From an uncultured Spirochaetota bacterium (lineage in GTDB: Bacteria; Spirochaetota; Brevinematia; Brevinematales; JAOACQ01), in NCBI GenBank assembly GCA_963768055.1, contig CAVYGN010000001.1, positions 1,152,001 to 1,216,000 of the forward strand: DNA of 64,000 bases. The letters run 5' to 3'. This document shows positions 20,662 through 29,890 of the stretch, piece by piece. A program made the position numbers and the translations under genes. Each line of letters starts with the position of its first letter. Positions within the stretch are counted from its first letter, which is position 1. The notes below the pieces were generated by a model. It saw nothing but the letters and a program-made list of their open reading frames with translations, was not told the DNA's origin and ran no database searches.

Positions 20662-21912
20662 ATGAATCCACCTTCCAGCCGGACTCTTGATGAGCAAATG
20701 AAGATCTTATCCAGGGGCGTAGTAGAGATTATACCGGAAGAAAAATTAAAAGAAAAATTAAAAAAATCAATAGCATGGGGAAAGCCTTTAAAGATTAAAT
20801 TCGGCGCCGATCCTTCAGCCCCGGACATCCATCTCGGACATACCGTTCCTTTGAGGAAATTAAGGCAGTTCCAGGAGCTCGGGCATGAAATCTATTTTCT
20901 TATAGGGGATTTTACCGGAATGATAGGCGATCCTACTGGAAAATCCCAGACAAGAAAGCGCCTTACCAGGGAAGAGATCCTCAAAAACGCCGAAACTTAT
21001 AGATCGCAGATTTTTAAAATACTCGACCCTGAAAAAACAAGGGTTGTGTTTAACAGCGACTGGTGTTCAAAAATGTCCTTCGGCGATGTCCTTGAACTCA
21101 CCGCTCATTACACGGTTGCAAGGCTCCTTGAAAGAGAGGATTTCAGCAGAAGGTATAAGGACGGAAAACCAATTTCGATGATCGAATTCATGTATCCGCT
21201 AATACAGGGTTATGATTCTGTTGTTCTCAATGCCGATGTGGAGATAGGCGGAACCGATCAGAAATTCAATCTGCTTGTCGGCAGAGACCTTCAGGGAGAA
21301 TACGGCCAGGAAGAACAGATCGTATTGACATTACCCCTTCTGGAGGGCACTGACGGCGTTAACAAGATGAGCAAATCGCTTGGGAATTATATAGGGATCA
21401 GCGAACTGCCCGGGCAGATATTCGGAAAGATTATGTCCATACCGGATAATATGATAATAAAATATTTCGAACTTTTGACGGATGTTCCGATGGAAACGAT
21501 AAAAAAATACGCCGAAAGCATGAAACAAGGCCGGAACCCCAGGGAATTCAAAGTAATACTGGCTGAAACGATAGTAAGCGATTATTATTCCGAAGAAGAA
21601 GCGCAAAATGCATTGATAGAATTTGAAAGGGTTTTCAAGGACAAGGGGATTCCGGATGAAATTGAGGAATTTCCCCTCGGAAGAGAAATGAAATTAATAG
21701 AAATTCTTGTCGAATCCGGTACGGTTCCATCGAAAAGCGAAGTCAGGAGACTATTGAATCAGAACGCTGTATCCTTGATGCCACATCCCGGAGATTCAGA
21801 TCAAAATTCTATATCAACTTTAAAAAATGAGAACGAGTTATTTTATCCGGGCAAACATCCGAAGGGGCTGATAATAAAAGTAGGCAAAAGAAAATTTCTC
21901 AGGGTCAAATGA
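20662..21912 (+). CDS. tyrS: Tyrosine--tRNA ligase
   Basis: GADPSAPDIHLGH, YPLIQGYD, GGTDQKFN and KMSKS motifs; C-terminal S4-like domain. Confidence 0.98.
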   Translation: MNPPSSRTLDEQMKILSRGVVEIIPEEKLKEKLKKSIAWGKPLKIKFGADPSAPDIHLGHTVPLRKLRQFQELGHEIYFLIGDFTGMIGDPTGKSQTRKRLTREEILKNAETYRSQIFKILDPEKTRVVFNSDWCSKMSFGDVLELTAHYTVARLLEREDFSRRYKDGKPISMIEFMYPLIQGYDSVVLNADVEIGGTDQKFNLLVGRDLQGEYGQEEQIVLTLPLLEGTDGVNKMSKSLGNYIGISELPGQIFGKIMSIPDNMIIKYFELLTDVPMETIKKYAESMKQGRNPREFKVILAETIVSDYYSEEEAQNALIEFERVFKDKGIPDEIEEFPLGREMKLIEILVESGTVPSKSEVRRLLNQNAVSLMPHPGDSDQNSISTLKNENELFYPGKHPKGLIIKVGKRKFLRVK

Positions 21913-21925
21913 TCCGGGGGGACTC

Positions 21926-22678
21926 ATGATACTTCAGGGAATCGATCTGTTCATGGATCTCATCATGAAATCCGATTATATCGTATCTCTGACCGGTGCC
22001 GGTATTTCTACAAATGCAGGAATTCCGGATTTCAGGGGCCCTAACGGTCTTTATTCAAAGAATGATATGCCCGCAGATAAATTATTCGACATCGATTACT
22101 TTAAAAAAAATCCTGAACTTTTTTACGATCATTTCAGCGAACTGGCTGAAATGTTTGTGAATGCAGCCCCGACAAAGGGGCACCAATTTTTAAAAAAACT
22201 TGAAATTCTCGGAAAGTTAAAAGCTGTAATAACTCAAAATATAGACGGACTTCATAAAAAAGCGGGAAATTCGAATGTAATAGAACTTCATGGAAATTTC
22301 GATAAGTTTTCCTGCATCGACTGCAATAAAGAAGTTCTTTCGGGCACTTCCCAATATCTGGAAATAATAAAGGGGATGAAAAGCAAAATAGTGCCAAGGT
22401 GCTATAACTGCGGGGGGATTATAAAACCCAATGTTGTCTTTTTCGGAGAATATGTACGCGATCTGGAAAAAGCACTTACGGAAATACAAAAATCTGATCT
22501 CATGATAACGATGGGAACTTCCCTGACTGTCTACCCGGCTTCAACGCTGCCCTCCTATTTACCGGACGGATCGAAGCTTGTTATTATAAATGAAATGGAA
22601 ACACCTTTCGATTCAAAGGCAAAAGTAGTACTGCATGAGGATATCGAAAAAGTCGTTGATAAACTTCAAATTTTTTAA
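21926..22678 (+). CDS. cobB: NAD-dependent protein deacylase (sirtuin)
   Basis: TGAGIST..GIPDFRG, TQNIDGLH, ELHG, two CxxC and GTSL motifs. Confidence 0.93.
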   Translation: MILQGIDLFMDLIMKSDYIVSLTGAGISTNAGIPDFRGPNGLYSKNDMPADKLFDIDYFKKNPELFYDHFSELAEMFVNAAPTKGHQFLKKLEILGKLKAVITQNIDGLHKKAGNSNVIELHGNFDKFSCIDCNKEVLSGTSQYLEIIKGMKSKIVPRCYNCGGIIKPNVVFFGEYVRDLEKALTEIQKSDLMITMGTSLTVYPASTLPSYLPDGSKLVIINEMETPFDSKAKVVLHEDIEKVVDKLQIF

Positions 22679-22688
22679 TGGGGAAAAA

Positions 22689-24164
22689 ATGCAGAACGAA
22701 TCGATTCTTATAGTCGAGGATGAGGTTCTTGTAGCGAAGAACCTTCAAAACATACTGATATCCCATGGCTTCGATGTTCCTTTTATATGTGATAACGGTA
22801 AGGACGCTATAGAGAAAGCGAGGGAATTAAAACCGTCTATAATCCTTATGGACATTATGCTCAAAGGCAAAATGGACGGTATCGACGCCGCCGAATATAT
22901 TTATAACAGGCTGAACATTCCTGTTGTTTTCTTAACGGCTTACGGTGATGAAAACACCCTTGAGAGGGCAAAATCCGCCGAACCTTACGGCTATCTCCTG
23001 AAACCTATTTCCGACAGCATACTTAAGACAACTATAGAGATGGCTATTCAGAAACACAGGCTTGAAAAAAAAGTACGCGAAAACGAGGAATGGCTTTCAT
23101 TTATACTCAAGAATATCGACTATGCCGTTCTGGTCATAAGAAGCGACCTTATCGTGAGTTTTGCCAACCCTGCCGCCGAGTCGCTTCTTTCTAAAGAGCA
23201 GGAAGAAATAATAAATAAAAATATAAAGGATATTTTCAGCCTTATGGAATCCGATAAAAATGTAAATATTGAAGATATGATCAAAAAAATCAGGGATAAA
23301 AAAGAAAAATTTGAATTTTTTTCACGATACTTTCTTATTTATAATGATAGTAATAAGATTCCTATTGATGGAAGCGCAATGCCGTTATGGAGCGATTCCG
23401 GCTCCTTCGGAGGGATTATTTTAATGATGCGGGATATAAATCTGCAAAAAAAAATTGAAAATGAAATGCTCAGGTTTGAAAAACTTGAATCGTTAAGCAT
23501 GCTTGCCGGGGGGATAGCCCATGATTTCAACAATATGCTCACAGTAATCATGGGAAACCTTGCCCAATGCAGGCAGAAAGATATAAACGCCGATGAGCTG
23601 GATAATTATCTCGATGAATCTTCAAATGCCATCCTCCGGGCAAAAGAACTCACTCACCAGCTTATGTCATTTTCAAAGGTCGGAACACTGTCAATTAAAA
23701 CCCATGATATCAGGAAAATAATAAAATCGATCGCATCTTTTATTATGCATGGATCAAGCATAAATGTGAATTATAAGTTTCCCGATAACCTGGATTTTGT
23801 TTGCATAGATGAAACTCAAATCGAGCAGGTCTTACAGAATATCATCATAAATGCAAGAGAAGCCATGTCAGGCGACAACACTCTTTCCATTTCGGCTGAA
23901 AATTACAGGTATGAGGATATTGATAAACCTCTTCAGCATGGCGATTATGTAAAAATTTTGATCGGCGACAACGGACCAGGCATTAATGAGAAAGATATCA
24001 ATAGGATTTTCGACCCGTATTTCACTACAAAACCTAACGGGACCGGACTCGGTTTGTCAACCGCTTATACCATTTTGAAAAAACACGGCGGCTTCATCAC
24101 AGTCGATTCTGAAGAAGGGAAAGGCACGACTTTCACTATATATCTTCCGGTTTCAAAAGGCTGA
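22689..24164 (+). CDS. Hybrid REC-PAS-histidine kinase
   Basis: ILIVEDE/ILMDI receiver, PAS, AHDFNN H-box, DNGPGI and GTGLGL; likely start ATG 22689. Confidence 0.92.
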   Translation: MQNESILIVEDEVLVAKNLQNILISHGFDVPFICDNGKDAIEKARELKPSIILMDIMLKGKMDGIDAAEYIYNRLNIPVVFLTAYGDENTLERAKSAEPYGYLLKPISDSILKTTIEMAIQKHRLEKKVRENEEWLSFILKNIDYAVLVIRSDLIVSFANPAAESLLSKEQEEIINKNIKDIFSLMESDKNVNIEDMIKKIRDKKEKFEFFSRYFLIYNDSNKIPIDGSAMPLWSDSGSFGGIILMMRDINLQKKIENEMLRFEKLESLSMLAGGIAHDFNNMLTVIMGNLAQCRQKDINADELDNYLDESSNAILRAKELTHQLMSFSKVGTLSIKTHDIRKIIKSIASFIMHGSSINVNYKFPDNLDFVCIDETQIEQVLQNIIINAREAMSGDNTLSISAENYRYEDIDKPLQHGDYVKILIGDNGPGINEKDINRIFDPYFTTKPNGTGLGLSTAYTILKKHGGFITVDSEEGKGTTFTIYLPVSKG

Positions 24165-24209
24165 CAATTAAAATTAATAATAAAAAACAAATATTTGCGG
24201 GAGGATTTA

Positions 24210-26642
24210 GTGTCTTTTTCAAAAAACGCCCTTTATATTATGGAAAAATTTTACTTAAAAAAGGATAAAAACGGCAATCTCATTGAAAAAAATTACGAAG
24301 AAACGTTTTCCCGTGTGGCTGATTTCGTAGCCTCAGCGGAAAAAAACAATGAGGTAAGAAAAAGAGTCAAAAAACAATTATTCGACCTGATGGCCGAGCA
24401 GAAATTCATGTTTTCTTCCCCGACCCTATTCAATGCCGGTTCTGACTTTCCGTTATCCTCAAGTTGTTTTGTCGGCGGCCTTGAGGACGACATGGGCGTA
24501 ATAATGAAATCTGCCTCCGATACAGCGATCACTTTCAAATCAGGCGCTGGAATGGGATTGAATTTCGGTGTTTTAAGGCCTAAGAGTGCGCCTGTGGGCA
24601 GAGGCGGTACATCAAGCGGCCCCGTCAGTTTTATGCGGCTGTTCGACGAGGTCGGCGAAGCGGTGAAAAGCGGAGGAGTTCGGCGGGCCGCTTTTATGGC
24701 AATGATGGATGTCTGCCATCCAGATATCGAAGAATTCATAACATCGAAGGACTATTCAGCTAACATCAACCGACAGTTTCCTAACCTTTCTAAATCTGAA
24801 AAATTTACAGAGCACCTGCTTCAGAGCATATCGGAAACAATTTCTGCAGATATAAAGGACGGTACGGCTGTTCAGGCGGTTATCAATGAAATAAGGAAGA
24901 AACTTTTCGAACCCCTGAGTAATATGAATATCAGCGTGGCGATCACTGATGAATTTATGGACGCCGTAAAAAACGATCATGAATTTTTGCTTATTTATAA
25001 AAATATTAATAAAAAAATATTAGCAAAGGAACTTTTCAGGAAAATAGCATTATCGGCCTGGAGAACGGCTGATCCGGGTGTCTGGTTTATCGACAGGGCT
25101 AACGAATTCGACACAGTACCTTCGATGGGAAGGATCCTCTCGACGAACCCATGCGGCGAACAGAGCCTCCACAACTTTACCAGCTGCAATCTCGGTTCTA
25201 TAAACCTTAATAAATTTATTAAAGAAAACAAATTTGACTTCGGCTCTTTCAGCGAAACCGTCGCGATAGCGGTAAGGGGCCTTGATAATGTAATAGATGT
25301 TTCCGTTTTCCCGACCGATAAATTTAAGGAAGAGACAAGGAAAATCAGGCCCATCGGCCTTGGGTTTACAGGACTGGCAGAAGTGCTGTTCAAACTCAGG
25401 ATTCCTTACAATTCAGAACAGGGTTATGAATTAGCTGCGGACATAACCAGGGTTATGACCCAGACAGCAATCGAATCGTCAATTGAATTGGGAAAGGAAA
25501 AAGGATCTTTCGAGATTTTCAATGAAAACAAGGAATCGCTAATAAACGTTGTCGGTAAATATTACGATTCCAAGGGTGAGATATCCGCGATTGAAAAATC
25601 AATAAATCAAAACGGCATCCGCAACAGCAACTGGACTACTCTGGCGCCTACAGGGACGATAAGCCTGATCCTTGACGCATCCACCTATTCCCTCGAACCT
25701 CAATTCGCTCTTGCATACAAAAAAAACCTTATTGACGGAGGAATACTGGAGTACACCGATCCTGAATTTGAAAAAGCTATAAACGGCGACCATTCTATTA
25801 TCCAAAAGATAATTGATAACGGCGGAAGCTGTATGGGTATTAATGATATACCCGAAGAAGTCCATACTGTATTTGTCGTCAGCCATGACATCCCCTTCGA
25901 GGACAGAATAAAAATGCAGTCGGCCGTTCAAAAATACATTTCCAACAGTATTTCTTCAACGATTAACCTTCCGAATTCTATAACTGTTGATGAAATAGAG
26001 AACATCTATCTTAAATCCTGGGAAGCCGGATTGAAAGGCGTAACCATTTATCGCGATGGAGTAAAATATTTTCAGCCTATGACCTCTTCGGCTGCAGGAA
26101 AAGACCGGGTAAGGGAAACGTCCGGAAAATGCCGGAGCTGGGAAAGGCCCAGGGTTCTAAAGGGCGATATTTTTAAAACAAAAACCGGCAGCGGAACTCT
26201 TTATACATCAGTTGGCATGGATGAAAACGGTTTCCCTGTTGAGATATTTATCAATATTTCAAAACATGGCTCTGATGTTTCAGCATTTTCGGAAGCACTC
26301 GGCAGGGTAATATCTATCGCTCTTCAGAACGGAATACCGGTAGAAAGTATTGCGGAAACTATCATAGGAATCACCGGAGATTCATCTGCATGGGATTCCG
26401 GAAAACTTATAAAAAGCATTCCTGACGCAGTCGGAAGGATTTTGAAGGATTTCGCAGATAAGCTTAACAAGGAATCGTTGGAACAAACCCTCTTCGACAA
26501 GGAAAAAATAAAAGCGGATATTGATGATAAACCAAGGGAAATAATTGGCGCAAAGATCTGCCCCCATTGCGGAGAAAAGTCTTACATAAAGACGGAGGAT
26601 TGCAGCACATGCCTTTCCTGCGGATTTTCACGATGCAGTTAA
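24210..26642 (+). CDS. nrdJ: Class II (adenosylcobalamin) ribonucleotide reductase with C-terminal TSCPD domain and Zn ribbon
   Basis: SPTLFNAG, SSCF, NPCGEQ, SCNLGSINL, APTGTIS, ISSTINLP and KGVTIYRDG motifs; GTG start at 24210 after GGGAGG. Confidence 0.93.
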   Translation: MSFSKNALYIMEKFYLKKDKNGNLIEKNYEETFSRVADFVASAEKNNEVRKRVKKQLFDLMAEQKFMFSSPTLFNAGSDFPLSSSCFVGGLEDDMGVIMKSASDTAITFKSGAGMGLNFGVLRPKSAPVGRGGTSSGPVSFMRLFDEVGEAVKSGGVRRAAFMAMMDVCHPDIEEFITSKDYSANINRQFPNLSKSEKFTEHLLQSISETISADIKDGTAVQAVINEIRKKLFEPLSNMNISVAITDEFMDAVKNDHEFLLIYKNINKKILAKELFRKIALSAWRTADPGVWFIDRANEFDTVPSMGRILSTNPCGEQSLHNFTSCNLGSINLNKFIKENKFDFGSFSETVAIAVRGLDNVIDVSVFPTDKFKEETRKIRPIGLGFTGLAEVLFKLRIPYNSEQGYELAADITRVMTQTAIESSIELGKEKGSFEIFNENKESLINVVGKYYDSKGEISAIEKSINQNGIRNSNWTTLAPTGTISLILDASTYSLEPQFALAYKKNLIDGGILEYTDPEFEKAINGDHSIIQKIIDNGGSCMGINDIPEEVHTVFVVSHDIPFEDRIKMQSAVQKYISNSISSTINLPNSITVDEIENIYLKSWEAGLKGVTIYRDGVKYFQPMTSSAAGKDRVRETSGKCRSWERPRVLKGDIFKTKTGSGTLYTSVGMDENGFPVEIFINISKHGSDVSAFSEALGRVISIALQNGIPVESIAETIIGITGDSSAWDSGKLIKSIPDAVGRILKDFADKLNKESLEQTLFDKEKIKADIDDKPREIIGAKICPHCGEKSYIKTEDCSTCLSCGFSRCS

Positions 26643-26822
26643 TTGCTGGCAGCAAAAGAACGAAGAAGTTTTTTGATCATTAAAAGATTTTGACGGCCCC
26701 CCGCGCTCTGCAGATGCAAAGAATAAAACTCCATGACTTGTGACTACATGTAAAATACTTTCGTAATTAATGTTATATAATAAAGTGATAAATTTCTTCA
26801 ATCCCTATTCCGATAATAACAT

Positions 26823-28064
26823 ATGATAAAAAGCATTCTCTCGAAGTTTTCCCGCTTTATTTCCGGTTTAATAAGCCAATTCAGGGTATACTACTATCTT
26901 TTCAAAAAGGAAAGCGTATTCACCTATTTTCTTGTAATATTTTTCCTTATGGTCTTTTCAGCCGGGCTATTCATGATCTTTGAGTTCGGAAGGCTTGTAA
27001 GCGCCGGCGGTGTTGAAAATGATGCATTTTATGTTCAGATAATCACGGCGCTTTACTGGGCTACGGTAACGATTTCTACCGCGGGTTACGGCGATATCGT
27101 CCCCATAACACCCCAGGGCAAGATACTCGTAATAATCGTCCTGTATTTGAGCATCGCTACAGTTTCTCTTTTTACTGCGAACCTGGCGTCAGCTCTTACA
27201 ACAAAAAAACTCATGGAAAGGAGAGGTATTATGAACCTAAGGGAATTAAACGACCATTATATAATCTGCGGATGGAAAAAGGCTATGAACCAGATCCTGG
27301 CCGAGATTGTTTTTCAAAACCCAAAAATTAATCTGAAAAAAATAATAATCATAGCAAATATCGAACCGGAAGATATAGAATTATTCTATCAGCAATACCC
27401 TGATTACCAGCAGATCACGATAATCAGGGGAGAGCATTATAATGAGGCCCTCCTTAAAAAAGCCAATGTCCAGAAAGCGAGCAGAGTTATTATTCTTTCC
27501 GATGAAAGTTCATCAACATCCCCTACTGAGGCAGATTCAAAGACTGTAATGGCTGCCATGGCCATCAATTCGCTGTCCAATAATATAAAAGTGAGCGCAG
27601 AGATTATGGATAAAAAATTCGAGAAATATCTCACTTCGGCGCATGTAGAGGAAATTATTTTTACTAATGAATACAACAAGGTTCTCATTGCCAATTCCCT
27701 GACGCAGGTCGGAATTACCAAAATCATCAACAATCTTCTTAACGCCGGCTTACCCGGGTTCATTACTACAGCTAAAATTCCTCCAATGTATGTAGGGCAG
27801 AATTTTTCAGAACTAAGAAATTATTACAGGGATAAATCAAAAGCCCTACTCATAGGCCTGCTTGAAAATGTCGGAAGCTATATTCAGAGAAAAAAGGAAG
27901 CCATAAGGGAAGCTCAGAAAACGGCAGATATAACAAAGCTTATCACTAATTTAAATTCAGCTAAAAAAATGGAAAACTACCTTCCTAACATAAACCCCGA
28001 TGAAAATTATAAAATACCTTACAATTCTATGGCTGTTCTTATTGAGCGGGAGAAAAAGTTATGA
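26823..28064 (+). CDS. 2TM K+ channel with RCK (TrkA-N-like) domain
   Basis: YWATVTISTAGYGD pore helix and filter; DHYIICGW starts the RCK domain. Confidence 0.9.
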   Translation: MIKSILSKFSRFISGLISQFRVYYYLFKKESVFTYFLVIFFLMVFSAGLFMIFEFGRLVSAGGVENDAFYVQIITALYWATVTISTAGYGDIVPITPQGKILVIIVLYLSIATVSLFTANLASALTTKKLMERRGIMNLRELNDHYIICGWKKAMNQILAEIVFQNPKINLKKIIIIANIEPEDIELFYQQYPDYQQITIIRGEHYNEALLKKANVQKASRVIILSDESSSTSPTEADSKTVMAAMAINSLSNNIKVSAEIMDKKFEKYLTSAHVEEIIFTNEYNKVLIANSLTQVGITKIINNLLNAGLPGFITTAKIPPMYVGQNFSELRNYYRDKSKALLIGLLENVGSYIQRKKEAIREAQKTADITKLITNLNSAKKMENYLPNINPDENYKIPYNSMAVLIEREKKL

Positions 28065-28546
28065 ACATTATTGAAAGGTTAAAAACAATATCGATATTTT
28101 CAGACATAAAAGACAATGATTCAATGCTTGAAAAAATCAGTGGCATCATTACAACCGAAAATTATAAATCCGGTGACTGCATTATTATTGAGGGAGAAGT
28201 CGGCGATAAGATGTATATTCTTAATAAAGGAAGCGTTAAAATAGAGAAAAAAACGCTTTATAACGACAGTTTTGTCGTTGATATTCTTCATGATAACATG
28301 AACGTATTTTTCGGCGAGATTGCCCTTATGGATAACGATTTCCGTTCGGCAACGGTAGCCGTAGTTACCGATACGGAGTGTTATGTAATAAAAAAAGATG
28401 ATTTCGAAAAACTCTGCAGTGAAAATCCTGAAATCGGATATTTCATAATCAAGCAAATCGCTAAATCGCTCGCGCTTAAATTCAGAAAGATCAACTCGGA
28501 TAATGTAAACCTTATCAATGCTATCATCAGCGATGAAAATGAATAA
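28061..28546 (+). CDS. Stand-alone cyclic nucleotide-binding domain protein
   Basis: IIIEGEVGDKMYIL and FFGEIAL...RSATV motifs; no HTH; ATGA overlap with the channel stop. Confidence 0.9.
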   Translation: MNIIERLKTISIFSDIKDNDSMLEKISGIITTENYKSGDCIIIEGEVGDKMYILNKGSVKIEKKTLYNDSFVVDILHDNMNVFFGEIALMDNDFRSATVAVVTDTECYVIKKDDFEKLCSENPEIGYFIIKQIAKSLALKFRKINSDNVNLINAIISDENE

Positions 28547-28556
28547 CGGAAAATTA

Positions 28557-28579
28557 CACAGAGACACAGAGACACGCAG
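28557..28579. repeat. Short tandem octamer repeat between convergent genes
   Basis: CACAGAGA CACAGAGA CACGCAG. Confidence 0.5.
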
Positions 28580-28634
28580 TTCTTTTTAATTCCCTATTTC
28601 TATAACCGATTCTGCATCCCCGGAATGCTGGTGA

Positions 28635-29870
28635 TTATTTAGTCATTTTCTGATCGCCGGCAATGTACCTTACATATTTCTTGATAAAAGCCGTCAGGTC
28701 GGTTTTTTTTGAATCCTCGTCGTAAATAAATTCGAAAGCCACGTTCAATCCGGCATTGTCGCCGGGAATGTAATGGTACCTTACTACTCTCGAAGGAATA
28801 TCGATTTCCTTGTTATCGGCTTTTAAATTGACCATTACGATGTTATTCTCCTTTATTGAATGAGTAAGGTAAACATTTTTAGTATTGGCCAGTATCCCGC
28901 CAACAGAGAGATCCATAACCTTGAAATCCGAATTACCCTCATCCGATTCTCCATGGCTTTTCACGATTATTTCGCCGAGGATATCTGCCAGACCCTTTAT
29001 ATAGAATATTTCGTAAATGGTTAGTTTTTTATAGGCCGGTTCGTTGGGGACGGAAACCTCGATAACGCCTACTACCCTTTCGCCGACTATGATAGGAACC
29101 ATGGCATATGAATTTATCCCTTTTGTCAGATAGTTTTGCCTTATCTGTTCCAGTATTTCAGGGGCAGCGGTTTTTTTAACCATATCGAAATATTTTTCAT
29201 ATCCGATTACACTGTATTTATCACCCAGGTGGAGATAATTGCTTAGATTGTCAGTATCGCCAATCCAGAAGGTTTTTTTATAAATATTAACTACCTTTTC
29301 TATCGGCGACAATGAAGTAAGATCCTTGAAAAGATTTATTCTGAAGCGGTTTGAATACCTTGTAAGCTCATCTCCCACCATTCCGATGATCTTTTTCATA
29401 TCAGGCGAATCAGTCTGAAGTTCCAGATATATATTTCTTAGTGTTGCCGGAAGTTCATCAATGTTCAAACCTGTCGATTCACCCGGTTTAGTCTCCACCT
29501 TCTTAATATTAAACATTAGGGCGTCGGAAATATCTACCCTTGTGAATTTACGAATGGGGTGGTAAAAAAATTTTTCAGGGAGGTAAATTTCGATATTCTT
29601 AACCGGAAGATTTAATTGTTTAACGTTTGCATCGTCAGAAGTATAAAAATTCCTGTTATAATCAAAAGAAATTCTCAGGTTTTTCAGGGGGATATATTCA
29701 GGCATCTGTTCGAAAAATAATGATATGGAATTCGTATCCGCTTTAGTAATAAACCCTGTGATCATGAAATCTTTATCTTTTTCCTTGATACTGACAGATA
29801 GATGTTTTAATCTGATATTATTTAGCAGAGCGACAATTTCATTACGCTGTGTTATTTCCTTTTCCACCAA
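28635..29870 (-). CDS. PilZ-type protein with an inserted GAF-like domain (DUF1577-like)
   Basis: RKFTR (RxxxR) and DLSVGG (DxSxxG), separated by a GAF-like segment (SYAMVPIIVGERVVGVIEV). Confidence 0.75.
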   Translation of the reverse strand: MVEKEITQRNEIVALLNNIRLKHLSVSIKEKDKDFMITGFITKADTNSISLFFEQMPEYIPLKNLRISFDYNRNFYTSDDANVKQLNLPVKNIEIYLPEKFFYHPIRKFTRVDISDALMFNIKKVETKPGESTGLNIDELPATLRNIYLELQTDSPDMKKIIGMVGDELTRYSNRFRINLFKDLTSLSPIEKVVNIYKKTFWIGDTDNLSNYLHLGDKYSVIGYEKYFDMVKKTAAPEILEQIRQNYLTKGINSYAMVPIIVGERVVGVIEVSVPNEPAYKKLTIYEIFYIKGLADILGEIIVKSHGESDEGNSDFKVMDLSVGGILANTKNVYLTHSIKENNIVMVNLKADNKEIDIPSRVVRYHYIPGDNAGLNVAFEFIYDEDSKKTDLTAFIKKYVRYIAGDQKMTK

Positions 29871-29890
29871 TCCCCCTTTAATATTACATA

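Noticed and set aside
21926..22678. Sir2 protein as an anti-phage NADase
   Set aside because: Canonical Zn-binding sirtuin deacylase motifs in a housekeeping context after tyrS, with no defence partner genes
24210..26642. Intein, intron or cobalamin riboswitch associated with nrdJ
   Set aside because: No intein termini, the ORF is continuous, and the upstream gap is only about 45 nt
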